Source: Octopus sinensis (taxonomy: Eukaryota). Taken from it: a DNA stretch of 64,000 bases. Below are positions 1 through 12,379 of the stretch, one piece after another. The stretch lies in NCBI RefSeq assembly GCF_006345805.1, contig NC_043000.1, positions 10,664,001 through 10,728,000 on the forward strand, given 5' to 3'. How positions within the stretch are numbered: position 1 is the stretch's first letter; every line of letters begins with the position of its first letter. A model generated the notes under the pieces. It was not told the origin of the DNA and did no database searches. It saw only the letters and a list, made by a program, of their open reading frames with translations. A program made the position numbers and the translations under genes.

Positions 1-112
1 TCTATAGGAAGAAGGCCACAGACATACATTATGCATTGTTATAAATCTGTCTAATAAAGGCCCGAAACATATGTACCGCTGAATCCTTGGCATCATGTTT
101 TTATTTTGATCA

Positions 113-145
<33 letters not shown>

Positions 146-165
146 TATATATAATAGAGAGAAAG

Positions 166-628
166 AGAGGGCATTATTACACATATATGCCACACACTAG
201 GAGGGACTCTTAAAGTCAAATCTACTAAAATAAATAAACATATCGTACCAAATGCAACTCTCGAAGCAAGTCATTTAAAAACAGGATTCAGCTGCAGATC
301 ACCTGTGTTTTCATAATCAGTGCAGTGGTTTGCACTCTTTACTCATCAGTGCAAGCATAATTCAAGATTTATAATGAATGAACAAATCAACATACCAGAC
401 GATTGATTTTGTTCAATTATTATAAATCTTGAATTATGCTTGCACTGATGAGTAAAGAGTGCAAACCACTGCACTAATTACGAAATCACAGGTGATCTGC
501 AGCTGAATCCTGTTTTTAAATGACTTGCTTCGAGAGTTGCATTTGGTACGATATGGTTATTTTTTTTTTAGTAGTTTTAACTTTGAGTCCCTCCTAGTGT
601 GTGGCATTTATGTGTAATAATGTCCTCT
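166..628. repeat. Long fold-back palindrome (hairpin-type MITE-like element), ~225-bp arms with ~12-nt loop near 391-402
   Basis: Left arm agagggcattattacacat...gaacaaatcaa is the reverse complement of right arm ttgattttgttc...atgtgtaataatgtcctct, with scattered mismatches; flanked by TA-rich sequence. Confidence 0.9.
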
Positions 629-740
629 ATATAATATAAATAAATATATTTAAGTGAAAAAAATTGGTGGATTTTTTTCTCTTATGAGGTTTTTCACGCT
701 AACTACTTGATAAATTCTTATAAAGATTTTATCCTATTTT

Positions 741-784
<44 letters not shown>

Positions 785-869
785 CTGGACTGATTGATAT
801 ATCTGGTGCTTTGCTGTTCACTTGAAGTTCTGTCCACCACAAAAGAATTGATATCCTGGGGAGCATTTT

Positions 870-1130
870 GTCGTGCAAGTTACTCAGTAAATCTGTTGGT
901 GCCATGTAAAATCACCAGTGCAGGTGCCCTGTAAAAAGAAAGTGCTGCTGGTGTCACGTAAAAAACACCCAGTACACTCTGTAAGGTGGTTGGCAACAGG
1001 AAGGGTATCCAGCCAATAAAAACCATGCCAAAACAGACACTGGAGCCTGGTGCAGCCCCTGGCCTTGACAGCTCCCATCAAACTGTCCAATCTATGCCAA
1101 CTTGGTAAATGGATATTAATGATGATGATT
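870..1130 (+). mobile_element. Degenerate SINE (family with GAT-repeat tail, RTE-LINE-like 3' end)
   Basis: Shares aaaaagcacccagtacactctgtaaggtggttggc...aggaagggcatccagc...catgccaac(a)tggaaa...gatgatgat with copies at 22567, 40900 and 61639. Confidence 0.75.
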
Positions 1131-2025
1131 TCTGTATGTGCATTCATATGTTTATCTTCAGTGCCAAAACAGTTGCAAAAGCAAGTTGAATTTTCAGTCA
1201 GTCATGATTCACACCTGATCATCTTATTCCAGGCAGGAAAGATTAGATAATTTTGTCCTGGATAAATGACCAGATGGATTATACCCGTGCTTGCTCAGGG
1301 CAAACTTGGTACTCGACAACAACTGATAACGACCTCTATAGTTCTTTTAAGAATGACAATTAATTCAGGATTATGTATGATCCCCCCCCCCAAAAAAAAG
1401 AAAGAAAGATGTAAGCAACAAAATGATTTGCTAGTTGAACCATCTTTTAAAAATTGTCACTCATTGGTTGTTAAAATCCTTAGAAATTAGGTCATCCACA
1501 TCATACTTCTTGTTGTGTCAATGTACAATGTTCTTGTCATCATCTACTTCTCTAGCTAACCTACATGTGTCTAGGATGTTCACTTTCACCAAGATTGCAG
1601 TATTCTCCCCCTCTGGCAAAATACTTTGTCAATATACTACTTTATCAGTAGTGGTGGTGGTAGTATTATTAGTGACTGATGTTTTTGTAATTGTATTAGA
1701 GATATTATTGTAGTAGTCTGGTAATACAGAATGTGATAATGTTATTGGAGGAGAGTGTAATTAGTAATTATATTAGAGATATTAGAGTAATATCATGCAT
1801 TGTGATAGTGTTGGTAATGTTGTTAGGGGAGGGTGTAATAAAAGTGCTTTAGATGACTTAAAGCATGGAATTTGATGGTAAAATGTTATACTATTATTAA
1901 GAAGACCCCTGAACAGAGGTATCTCAGCCATAGTTATCCCATTTTTTAATTCTGAAAGCGGTTGAAGATAATGTGTGGAGTGGAGTGTGGGAGTAATAAC
2001 ATAGTGTAATAGATGTAGAGTACAG

Positions 2026-2242
2026 AAGGCAGCGAACCGGTAGAAACGTTAGCACGCCATATTTCGTCTGCCGTTACGTTCTGATTTCAAATTCCGCCGA
2101 GGTCAACTTTGCCTTTCATCCTTTCGGGGTCGATTAAATAAATACCAGTTACGTACTGGGGTCGATGTAATCGACTTAATCCGTTTGTCTGTCCTTGTTT
2201 GTCCCCTCTGTGTTTAGCCCCTTGTGGGTAGTAAAGAAATAG
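2026..2242 (+). mobile_element. Young tRNA-derived SINE (family A) with 12-bp target-site duplication
   Basis: Head aaggcagcgaaccggtagaaacgttagc, body tttcatcctttcggggtcgattaaataa, tail gggtagtaaagaaatag; TSD tgtagagtacag at 2014-2025 and 2244-2255. Confidence 0.85.
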
Positions 2243-3465
2243 GTGTAGAGTACAGTATTATAGACAAATACGGGATGGTTGTGCTCTGTGCTACAGTGTA
2301 GCAGTAAGGACAGTAATTGTATTTTTTCTGATGACTTATAAAACATTTAAAGAAAATTTATATTTCTGATATTTAAATCCATTTATCAATATTATCATGG
2401 GTTATGCTGTTCTGTAAATCACCTTGTTATCTTAAGCCTTCATCCCCCAGGTTTTGTTGTTTTCAAATTGTCATCAGTGCATTTGTAATGTTGCTTCTTT
2501 TGTCTAATCAAGGGTATTGGCTCTACACAAACCCATTTTTACCTGTCAGAAGAGGTGGTCCATATTAGTCTGGCCCCTATCTTTTGACCTGTTCAGCATA
2601 GGTCTCAAGGTCATTGAGACACTCAAGCCACCACACTGCAACCAGGACTGGAATTTGTGGTAACATAATAGTGTTAGTTACTAGTTAACATTTTTATCTA
2701 ACCAGCAATCACTCAAGCATGAAGTGAGAGTAACACCTGCATTTCAAATAAGGCTACTTCATGCATATAATTTATGCTAGAGTCCAACAGTGTTGGTGGC
2801 TGGTTTTAAACCATGACTCAGTTATACAGCACCTTAACCACAACACTTCATTGCCTTTAAACATTTTTTTATGGTTTGGCTATGGATTTCTCTTGCTCCC
2901 CATCACATCATTTCTGTCTTATTTGATCACTACAACAAAACAGCATTTACATTGAATCTTCATTCTCCACTGCTCTGATTCATTGATGCAACTTAACAAG
3001 AGTCTGTTCATTCTTCTATCTACTAACTTGTCACTAGAACATTATAGTAATGGGATTTCTCTCCATTTATTAAACATAAATATTAAAGATCTGAACATTC
3101 TGTGTGACCCCTGTTTTTGGAACAAAACTTCTTGTGATAAAGACTGTACCATCTTCAGTCACTAACCTAACTTTAAATCTTGTTGATGATGCTATTGTTG
3201 TTCTCATACTGTAACGATTATTATTATTTAAACTGTACATGAAAGTGATGGGCCACATAACAAGCAGAGCATCAGACAAAATGCTTTGCATCTCTTCAAT
3301 TTCTGGGTTAATAAAATAAATACAAGCAAGAAGGCTGCATATAAAATAGGTATAAGACATGCATTGACTTAAGTTAATTTAATCGATTGTAATTCTAAAA
3401 TACTTGTGCCACTTTTTAAAAAAAAAATCGATATTTCAACTCTATTGACTTGTTTTCTTTTGTAG

Positions 3466-4578
3466 GTTTTCGAGGCTGCTGTCAAATGGCTGGAGTATGA
3501 CATTGAACACAGGAAATCTTTCCGCTACCAGATGATGACTTGTGTGAAGTTTCCCTTGATTGCTCAAAGCTACCTGCTGGATTACGTGATCAAATCCAAT
3601 CATATGACGTGTGAAAAGGGTCAAGAAATGATAGAGGATGCAATCTCATTCCATACTGTTCCTTCACGGCGTAACTTACTACAAGCTTATCAGATTACTC
3701 CTCGCTTTGCTTTCTCTTACACGGAAGTTGCTGTACTCCTCGGTGGCAGAGTGGCTGATGGCCTCAGCAGTGATGTGGAGTTTTACAGACCAGATACAAA
3801 AGAGTTTGTGTCTTTGAAACCGCTTCCCTTCAAAAAGCGAAACGAATATGCTGCTGCAGTGATCGGCAATGAGATTTATGTGTCTGGTGGTTTGAGAAGT
3901 CCAGAATTATGGAAATATGATCTCACATTCCATTCCTGGATTAGAGGAAACAACATGTTACAAGCTCGAAGACGACACGCTATGGCTGTCGTTGATAACA
4001 ACATTTATGTATTGGGAGGATTTGATGAAGAATGTGTGCTAAACACTGTAGAAATGTGGGATAGTTCTTCAAATAAATGGACAAGCACGGGAAAACTACT
4101 GTTTGCTGTAGAAAACATGGGTTATGTTGCCTATGGTAAATACATCTATCTGTTCGGAGGGAAAAACAATGACGAGGTCGTGACAAATGTCGTACAATGT
4201 TATGATACAACAACACATACCTGTAGCATCGTAAAGAATGGTCTTCCTGCAAATGACATGTGCCTCAGTGCTGTGGTATTGAACTCTCAGATATACGTGG
4301 TAGGGCTTGAAGGTGTATTTCGTTACACACCACTAACTGGTAACTGGGACATTCTCCCCGAAATGAGATGTGCCCGTGACTTTGTTAGCTTGGCTGTGCT
4401 GGATGAGAAAATCTATTTATTTGGGGGCCGGTGCAGGGGGTCAAAAGAGAACCTTTATTCTGATCTGATAGAAGTGTACAACTCCAAAGACAACTCATGG
4501 GATGTTGTTGGCAAGATCCCTGTGCCAATGTATTCATATGGTTGTGTGAAAATATTTCTCAGTCAAACAAATACATAA
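3466..4578 (+). CDS. Terminal coding exon of a Kelch-like (BTB-BACK-Kelch) protein, most reminiscent of the KLHL24/KLHL6/KLHL35 group
   Basis: Acceptor tgttttcttttgtag|GTT at 3465/3466 (phase 0) extends the track ORF to VFEAAVKWLEYDIEHRKSFRYQMMTCVKFPLI (BACK C-terminus). Six Kelch repeats follow (VLLGG, IYVSGG, IYVLGG, IYLFGG, IYVVGL, IYLFGG with downstream Y and W); stop TAA at 4576-4578. Upstream exons not found in the window. Confidence 0.93.
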   Translation, partial: VFEAAVKWLEYDIEHRKSFRYQMMTCVKFPLIAQSYLLDYVIKSNHMTCEKGQEMIEDAISFHTVPSRRNLLQAYQITPRFAFSYTEVAVLLGGRVADGLSSDVEFYRPDTKEFVSLKPLPFKKRNEYAAAVIGNEIYVSGGLRSPELWKYDLTFHSWIRGNNMLQARRRHAMAVVDNNIYVLGGFDEECVLNTVEMWDSSSNKWTSTGKLLFAVENMGYVAYGKYIYLFGGKNNDEVVTNVVQCYDTTTHTCSIVKNGLPANDMCLSAVVLNSQIYVVGLEGVFRYTPLTGNWDILPEMRCARDFVSLAVLDEKIYLFGGRCRGSKENLYSDLIEVYNSKDNSWDVVGKIPVPMYSYGCVKIFLSQTNT

Positions 4579-5539
4579 AAATCAACACAAATTCTTTATA
4601 TATTGATATGTGAGTGAGTGTGTGACTGTGAGCATGTGTGTGCTTATATGTTTGTGGTTGTATATATAAAGATTACCAAAATACAAACCATCATGGAATG
4701 TATCCAAAACAATGTCTTACCTGCAGTGTGTTTAGGACAATTCTGCACAATGTGATATTTCTTTAATAATGATTCAGGGAAAAGTCCACTGCAGTTTTTC
4801 ACTGCTTTCTCCCTTCACCTCACCCCTTTTGTGGCTTCTATTGTATTCTGTTGGGTTTCATTTTATTTCTTTTTAATGTTTGTTTGCTTGTCTCCCCATC
4901 CTCATCTCTTGCACTTCTATTGTATTATTTATTTCTATCCCAAGAAACCACAAAACAAAACTTAAAACAGTAGCCCCTGTTCTTAATGTCTCAACAAAAC
5001 TTTAGTATTTTCCTTATGTTATTCTGTCATTGAAAGCTCGATTCGTTTTAAAATAAATACAGATATTTTGTTACCGTCTACAATGGCATGAACTTGTCTA
5101 AGTCAGCTTTGACTTCCATCCCTTCAGGATTGATCCAAGTAAATACCAGTAATACACCAAGGATTTGGTCAGTTCACTTTCAGTTAACTACATCTCCCTC
5201 TTCAACAAACATGTGATCTTGTACCACACATTTCTTGAAAGGGAGCATAGATTCTTCATCATCATCATCATCGATATCTTTCTCAAGTGTTAAATTATTA
5301 CTTGAACTATTGTTACACAGATTGTTATTCACCTACTACGACCTCTTACCACAGGACCATTTTTTTTTGTTTTATTAGCATCTACTAAATAGAGATTGAA
5401 CTCTTGTTAAATGTCTTTGGTTATCCTTATACAACCAACAAGACAAATTATTATTGCTACAGAAATGTTTTCTGTCTCTTTAATTTTTACTGCAAGATTT
5501 CATTATTTTATTATTATTATTATTATCATTATTATTATT

Positions 5540-7035
5540 AAGGTGGTGAGCTGGCAGAATCACTAGCATGCCTGCGAAAAATGCTTAGCAGCATTTCTTT
5601 GGGCTTTACGTTCTGAGTTCAAGTGCCACCCGGGTCAACTTTGCCTTTCATCCTTCAAGGGTCGACTTTACCTCTCATCCTTTCGGGATCGATAAAATAA
5701 GTACCAGTTGAACGCTGGGGTTGATATAATTGACTTATCCCCTCCCCCAAAATTATTGGCCTTGTGCCAAAATTTGAAATTATCATCATTATTATTAATA
5801 TTATTATTATTATTATTTTTAAAATGGTGGATTAGCAGAATCGTTAGTGTTAGATTAAATGCTTTCCAATATTTAGTTGTGACTCCTTAATTATTGTATT
5901 CAGATCCTGCCAAGGTTAGCTTTGCCTTTCATCCCTTTAGTGGGGTGGTCAATAAAATGAAGACGGTACTAGTCAAGTATCCAGGTCGGTGTGATTGACC
6001 AACCCTACTTCCACTAAATTTGCTGACCTTGTGCCGAAATTACAAAGAATTATTATTGGTTAGTATTACTATTATTATTGTTATGAAGGTGGCAAACTGG
6101 CAGAATTGTTAATGCATCGGAACGAAATACTTAGCAGCATTTCTTCCAGCTTGTTACATTCTGAGTTCAAATGCCACCGATGTCAACTTTGCCTTTCAGA
6201 GTCAATAAAATAAAGTGCCAGTGGAGTTGATGTAATTGCTTTGCCCCCTCAAAATTTCTGGCCTTGTGCCAAAATTAGAAAGGATTATCGTCATCATCAT
6301 CATCACAAGAATGGTGGGGTGTTGAATAAAATACTTTGCAGTATATGGTTACATCCTTTTATGTTCTGAGTTCTAATCATGCCAGAGTCAGCATTGCCTT
6401 TTGTTTTCCTGAGATTGATAAAATAAGTACCAGTTATATACTGGTGTTGATATGATTGATTGTTTACATCCATTTTTACTCCCCAAAAGTTTCTGGTTTT
6501 ATACCTGTGTAAGAAATTGTTGTTATATTGTCATAACTTTCGGGGGTTGTGAATAGCATAATTAGCTGAGCACCAGACAAGATCTTTGCACTATTTAGTT
6601 GCATCCATTTACTTTCTGATTGCAAATATCTCTCTCTGGAGTGGGGATCAACTTTATACCTTTCACCCTTCCAAGGTTGATAATGTTAGCACCTGTTAAG
6701 TACTTGAAGCAGTTTGATCAACTAATCCTCCACTATATTTCTGGCCTAATGCCTTTATTAGAACTTATTATTAAAGTTGTTGTTATGGTTATCGTTATTT
6801 ATTATTATTATTATTATTATTAAGGTGGTGAGCTGGCAGAATTGTTAGAATGAAATGCTTAGCAGCATTTTGTCCATATTTACATCCTGAGTTCAAATGC
6901 CACCAAGGCCAACTTTGCTTCTCGTCCTTTCAGGATCAATAAAATAAGTACCAGTTGAGTACTGGGGTTGATGTATTCAACTAGTGCTCTTCCCACAAAT
7001 TTCAAGCCCTGTGCCTAAAGCAGAAAGACTTATTG
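5540..7035 (+). mobile_element. Chain of about five older family-A SINE copies in the same orientation, separated by (TAT)n/(CAT)n tails
   Basis: Repeated heads aaggtggtgagctggcagaat at ~5540, ~5820, ~6085, ~6310 and ~6822 and repeated bodies tttcatcctt...aaaataagtaccagttga...ggccttgtgcc. Confidence 0.8.
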
Positions 7036-7870
7036 TCACCATCATAAGGGCAATGTAGTTGAAAAAGAAAATGTTAATGAACCAAAACTTAAAGTATTCA
7101 GTTCTGTTCATAACTATTCTAAATGCCCTGGAAGTATTTGTAATATTCTTGTGGTTGATATTATAAATTATATCTCACCTCAACAGCCTTGTCCTTGTAG
7201 CTTATATTATTATTATTGTTAAGTTGACTCCATTTCCTCTAACATAAAGAGAGAAAGAAAATATGTAAGTTAAAACTATGGTAAATTATTTTGGTGTTCT
7301 GGGTTTAGAAAAGAACTGTTTTAATATTTGATACAGTATTTTGGCTTGACATTGATTTGTTTCATTGTTTCTTGTGAGATTATTTAATATTTGATCAAGG
7401 TAAACATACTCTGGAAAGAATCACATAAAATGCCTACAATTTTTTATAATTATTTAAAAATGAATCATTCTAACTAATAAACTCTCTCCTTCCAATGAAT
7501 ACTTTATATCAACCTTAGATTTCGAAGTGGATTTTTTTTTTTTTTATATCTTTGTATTAAACCTTGTTCATCTGTTACTGAAAATTAGGTGTTAGATGAT
7601 TTAAAAAAAAAAAAAAACTTGTATTTTATGGCAAAGTATGGAAGAAGGGATTGCAAATAAGTGTCAACAGACCAGGGCCCTATTAAATAATCAGTAACAA
7701 TTTGTTTGGTGGTGTGTAAATTGAACCACTCTAATATGTAAAATGAAATAATTTGACATGTAGCAGTGTTAAGTCTGTAATGAAATACAGTTGTCTGGTG
7801 TTAGCTGGACTGATCACCACTGAAAACACATAAAAAATAGCAATCTAAAAACATAAACAACGAGCAGATA

Positions 7871-8100
7871 CAATTATCCAATGTGATATTACCTTGATAT
7901 AATTATATGCTATGATATTGCCTGGATGTAATTTATACAATGTGGTATTACTTGGATACAATTATATGGTGTGATATTACTAGTTAAAATGATATGGTAT
8001 GATATTGCCTGGATATAATCATACAATGTGATATTCCCTTGATATAGTTACATTGTGTGGTTTTCCCTGGATATAAGTATATGGTGTAATATAGCCAGTT
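7871..8100. repeat. Degenerate minisatellite, ~29-30-bp unit, ~8 copies
   Basis: Recurring ggatataattatatggtgtgatattacctt-like unit. Confidence 0.7.
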
Positions 8101-8349
8101 TACAGAACAAAAACACTCGATGTTCTGTGGTGCAGTTTGTTGCACAGACATAATTTCCAGAAATGCTACAACACTATCTCAGTTGCTTGAAGACTGTAAG
8201 AACAGCTGGAGTACACTTAAATTATGATTTTAGATTCAATCTTTCTAATACTTTTAACTATTAATAACCACTTCAGATATCCAAGGCAGCTAAAGGTTTG
8301 GTTTATTGTTGGTGTCACTCAGATAGATCAAAAAGTTGGTATTTCATTT

Positions 8350-8582
8350 AAGGCGGCGAGCTGGCAGAAACGTTAGCACGCCGGGCGAAATGCTTAGCGG
8401 TATTTCGTCTGCGTTACGTTGTGAGTTCAAATTCCGCTGAGGTCGACTTTGCCTTTCATCCTTTCGGGGTCAATAAATTAAGTACCAGTTACGCACTGGG
8501 GTTGATGTAATCGACTTAATACCTATGCCTGTCCTTGTTTGTCTCCTCTGTGTTTAGCCCCTTGTGGGTAGTAAAGAAATAG
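8350..8582 (+). mobile_element. Young family-A SINE with TSD
   Basis: Full consensus aaggcggcgagctggcagaaacgttagcacgccgggcg...gtaaagaaatag; TSD tatttcat at 8340-8347 and 8584-8591. Confidence 0.85.
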
Positions 8583-10435
8583 TTATTTCATGGTGAATGA
8601 GGTTTTCACTCAAGGAGGAGGATGCACCTGCATTTCAAATGAAAACTGCCTAGTTTCTTTTTGTGCACACACACACATATATATTATATTTGGTTAATGA
8701 GAGATGGAAGATACGAGAATTTTTATTTATCACTACATGTGTATTATCTATATTTAATATAATATACTAACAGTAGTTCTAGAGTTACTACCAAAAGTGT
8801 CATTGCTTCAGTCTATAGAATTTTTGCTTTCTTCAGTTCGATAAATAGCAGTGCAGTCTAAATAGCAATTGCTGGTGTAGCACTGGATAACAATACTTGC
8901 TTAAACTGCACCAGATAATAATATTGCTTAATTAATCATGTTCCACGATACTGCCACAAATAACAAAGAGAGAATTCCATTATATGTAATTGTTTGTGAG
9001 AGATTTATTAGCTACAGGTTTTTCTGACATCAGGAAAAAATAAATCAATAACACCATAAATACTTAAATATCACAATATCCATATTTTTTGCTGAACTGG
9101 AAACTGCTGGTAATTTACAACAAAATTTTGAAACTGACAGAATTTAGTAACTTAATGTCCACCTTTGAAAGATAGTTTTCTTTTCATATTATAAAGTTCA
9201 ATACCAATCTTTTTAAATGCTTCTTTTTTTTTTACCTCATTCTGTTGGTTGTATTCAGTGGCACTTCAGCTTCAGAACAATACCACCTGTCGCTTTTGAA
9301 TATGATATTTTAATAAAAATAATAATAATGAAATTATTGTATACAGTGCTCAGGTGCACCACAACTTGTCAGAAGTGCAAGCTTTATCTTATTACATTTA
9401 CTTTCTACTGTTAACTGTGATCACTCATGGTGGCTGCGAGTTTTATGCCGAAAGTTAGGAATAGATAGACCGTTAAACAGATGTGTTTGCATTCATCTAA
9501 CTAAATATGCATTGATTTAAAGCCTCTGGTTTAAAAAGTACTTTTGTTCTAAGGTAGAATTCGTTGAAAGGAGAGTTGTATATTCTTTTTCTGAACCATA
9601 TAGAAAAACTGTTTCTAAACAAGTCAATGATCATAAAATAGAAAGCATTAGCTTTATGATTTGTTAATGTTATGTAATTATTATCCTCAAGAGTTTATCA
9701 TGACCAGGATTATAACTCAGGCTTAATGTGATCAGGCCTATGTAGAAAAAGTCTACTAGTTACCCAAGACTTGCTGCAAGATATCTAATCTTCTCTGTTT
9801 ATAGATCTTCCTTTACACACCAGGTAATCTACCTATATACCTCCACATCCTCCCCCCCCTTTTTGTTTTTACCATTTCAACGTGACATTTTCTTTGTCAA
9901 CCCTTTTAATTGATATTTTCACTTCCAAATAGTGTTGATGTTTTTATTTTATTTTTAATAAACTCTTGTAAAATAAATAAACTCAAATTAATAAAGCTCA
10001 TATTATTTTTGTTTGACTACTTATTTTTTTTAATGAAGGTTAGTATAATTGACAAATGTTTTGAATTATTAGCAATAAGCTGCTAAATATAAGGCAGTAA
10101 TTATAGCTATTAGTGGATTGTTAATGTCAGGGATAAATCTTGTTTAAATAACATTAACAAACAACTAAAAATTTTTTACATGTTTGTTTGCTTTTGCTCA
10201 CTACAGAATCATTTCTAGAAGGTTTTTTTTAGTTTTTTTTTTATGCTCACTGCATTAAATATGTTAACACTAACTTAACTACTGTTTCTCATGCAAAAGA
10301 CACCTCTAAGTAATTCTTGGTACCAGTGATGCCACATATTTCTGGTTACACTACATACTGTTTAATTACAAGGAAATGTTTTTTTTTTTCATTTCTACAA
10401 TGTTTCATAATCAAACCTTAATATGTAGTACTCAT

Positions 10436-11955
10436 GAGGCAGTGAGCTGGCAGAATCATTAGAACACTGGGCAAAATGCTTAGTGGTATTATTTTGTCCA
10501 TCTTCACATTCTGAGTTCAAATTCTGCTGAGGTTAACTTTGTCTTTCATATTTTCAGGATTGATAAAATAAGCATCAGCTGAACAGTGGGCTGGATGTAA
10601 TTGACTTAAACCCTTCCAAAATAAGCATCAGCTGAACAGTGGGCTGGATGTAATTGACTTAAACCCTTCCAAAATAAGCATCAGCTGAACAGTGGGCTGG
10701 ATGTAATTGACTTAAACCTTCCAAAATAAGCATCAGCTGAACAGTGGGCTGGATGTAATTGACTTAAACCCTTCCAAAATAAGCATCAGCTGAACAGTGG
10801 GCTGGATGTAATTGACTTAAACCCTTCCAAAATAAGCATCAGCTGAACAGTGGGCTGGATGTAATTGACTTAAACCCTTCCAAAATAAGCATCAGCTGAA
10901 CAGTGGGCTGGATGTAATTGACTTAAACCCTTCCAAAATAAGCATCAGCTGAACAGTGGGCTGGATGTAATTGACTTAAACCCTTCAAAATAAGCATCAG
11001 CTGAACATGGGTGGATGTAATTGACTTAAACCCTTCCAAAATAAGCATCAGCTGAACAGTGGGCTGGATGTATTGACTTAAACCCTTCCAAAATAAGCTC
11101 AGCTGAACAGTGGGCTGGATGTAATTGACTTAAACCCTTCCAAATAAGCATCAGCTGAACAGTGGGCTGGATGTAATTGACTTAAACCCTTCAAAATAAG
11201 CATCAGCTGAAAGTGGGCTGGATGTAATTGACTTAAACCCTTCCAAAATAAGCATCAGCTGAACAGTGGGCTTATTTAATTGACTTAAACCCTTCCAAAA
11301 TAAGCATCAGCTGAACAGGGCTGGATGTAATTGAATAAACCCTTCCAATAAGCATCAGCTGAAAAGTGGGCTGGATGTAATTGACTTAAAACCCTGCCAA
11401 AAAAGCATCAGCTGAACAGTGGGCTGGATGTAATTGACTTAAACCCTTCCAAAATAAGCATCAGCTGAACAGTGGCTGGATGTAATTGACTTAAACCCTT
11501 CCAAAATAAGCATCAGCTGAACAGTGGGCTGGATGTAATTGACTTAAACCCTTCCAAAATAAGCATCACTGAACCAGTGGGTGGAGTAATTGACTTAAAC
11601 CCTTCCAAAATAAGCATCAGCTGAACAGTGGGTGATGTAATTGATTAAAACCTTCCAAAATAGCATCACTGAACAGTGGGCTGGATGTAATTGACTTAAA
11701 CCTTCCAAAATAAGCATCAGCTGAACAGTGGGCTGGATGTAATTGACTTAAACCCTTCCAAAATAAGCATCAGCTGAACAGTGGGCTGGATGTAATTGAC
11801 TTAAACCCTTCCAAAATAAGCATCAGCTGAACAGTGGGCTGGATGTAATTGACTTAAACCCTTCCAAAATAAGCATCAGCTGAACAGTGGGCTGGATGTA
11901 ATTGACTTAAACCCTTCCCCAAATTTCTGGCCATGTGCCAAAAATAGAAACCAGT
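10436..11955 (+). mobile_element. Family-A SINE interrupted by an internal tandem expansion
   Basis: SINE head gaggcagtgagctggcagaatc at 10436; SINE 3' end cccaaatttctggccatgtgccaaaaatagaaacc resumes after 11918. Confidence 0.8.
10565..11918. repeat. Tandem array of a 53-bp unit, ~25-26 copies, derived from SINE body
   Basis: Unit aaaataagcatcagctgaacagtgggctggatgtaattgacttaaacccttcc repeated head-to-tail without spacers; copies differ mostly by 1-nt indels. Confidence 0.97.
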
Positions 11956-12379
11956 ATTTAGCACTCAAATTATGAAAATGTGCCACTATTAGCACATATG
12001 GTAGTTGTACGAAGTTTGTGATGAACCACTGGTGGTATGTGTGGCAGGTAATATGTTAATTGGCACCAATATTTCAGTTAATCTGTTTGACCAATACCTT
12101 ATGTGAGTGAAATTTGGTAAATGGAAACTGTGCAGAAGCCCATGTATATGTTTGTGTGTATGCCTTAGGTATTCACTCAGCAGTTTGACACCTGAAGATG
12201 TGGAATAACATACTTTATGCAAAAAAAACAAAGGCTAGTATTAAGAATGGCATGGTTGGACTGTTTGATGGATCCAAGGACTGCATTTTGCTCCATTGTC
12301 TACTTTGGCCTCTATGCAAGTCTACAAACCCCAAAGAAGTGATTTTATGCTAGATGAGAGAAGAGTCGGAGCAGAACTG

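Noticed and set aside
1500-2020. GT/AG-skewed stretch as a retroelement or exon
   Set aside because: Too degenerate to assign; no conserved reading frame seen
3070-3360. 96-aa minus-strand ORF (and overlapping 2983-3165) as a nested gene
   Set aside because: No recognisable domain or supporting splice pattern; compatible with chance in AT-rich intron
9236-9434. Perfect Kozak GCCACCATG on the minus strand (9434-9426) with a nearby small exon-like segment (about 9285-9236)
   Set aside because: The ATG opens only MSDHS*, and no in-frame spliced product could be built; the intervening sequence includes a CR1 3'-end fragment
10565-11918. CRISPR-like array
   Set aside because: Units are contiguous with no unique spacers, derive from a SINE, and the context is eukaryotic with no cas genes
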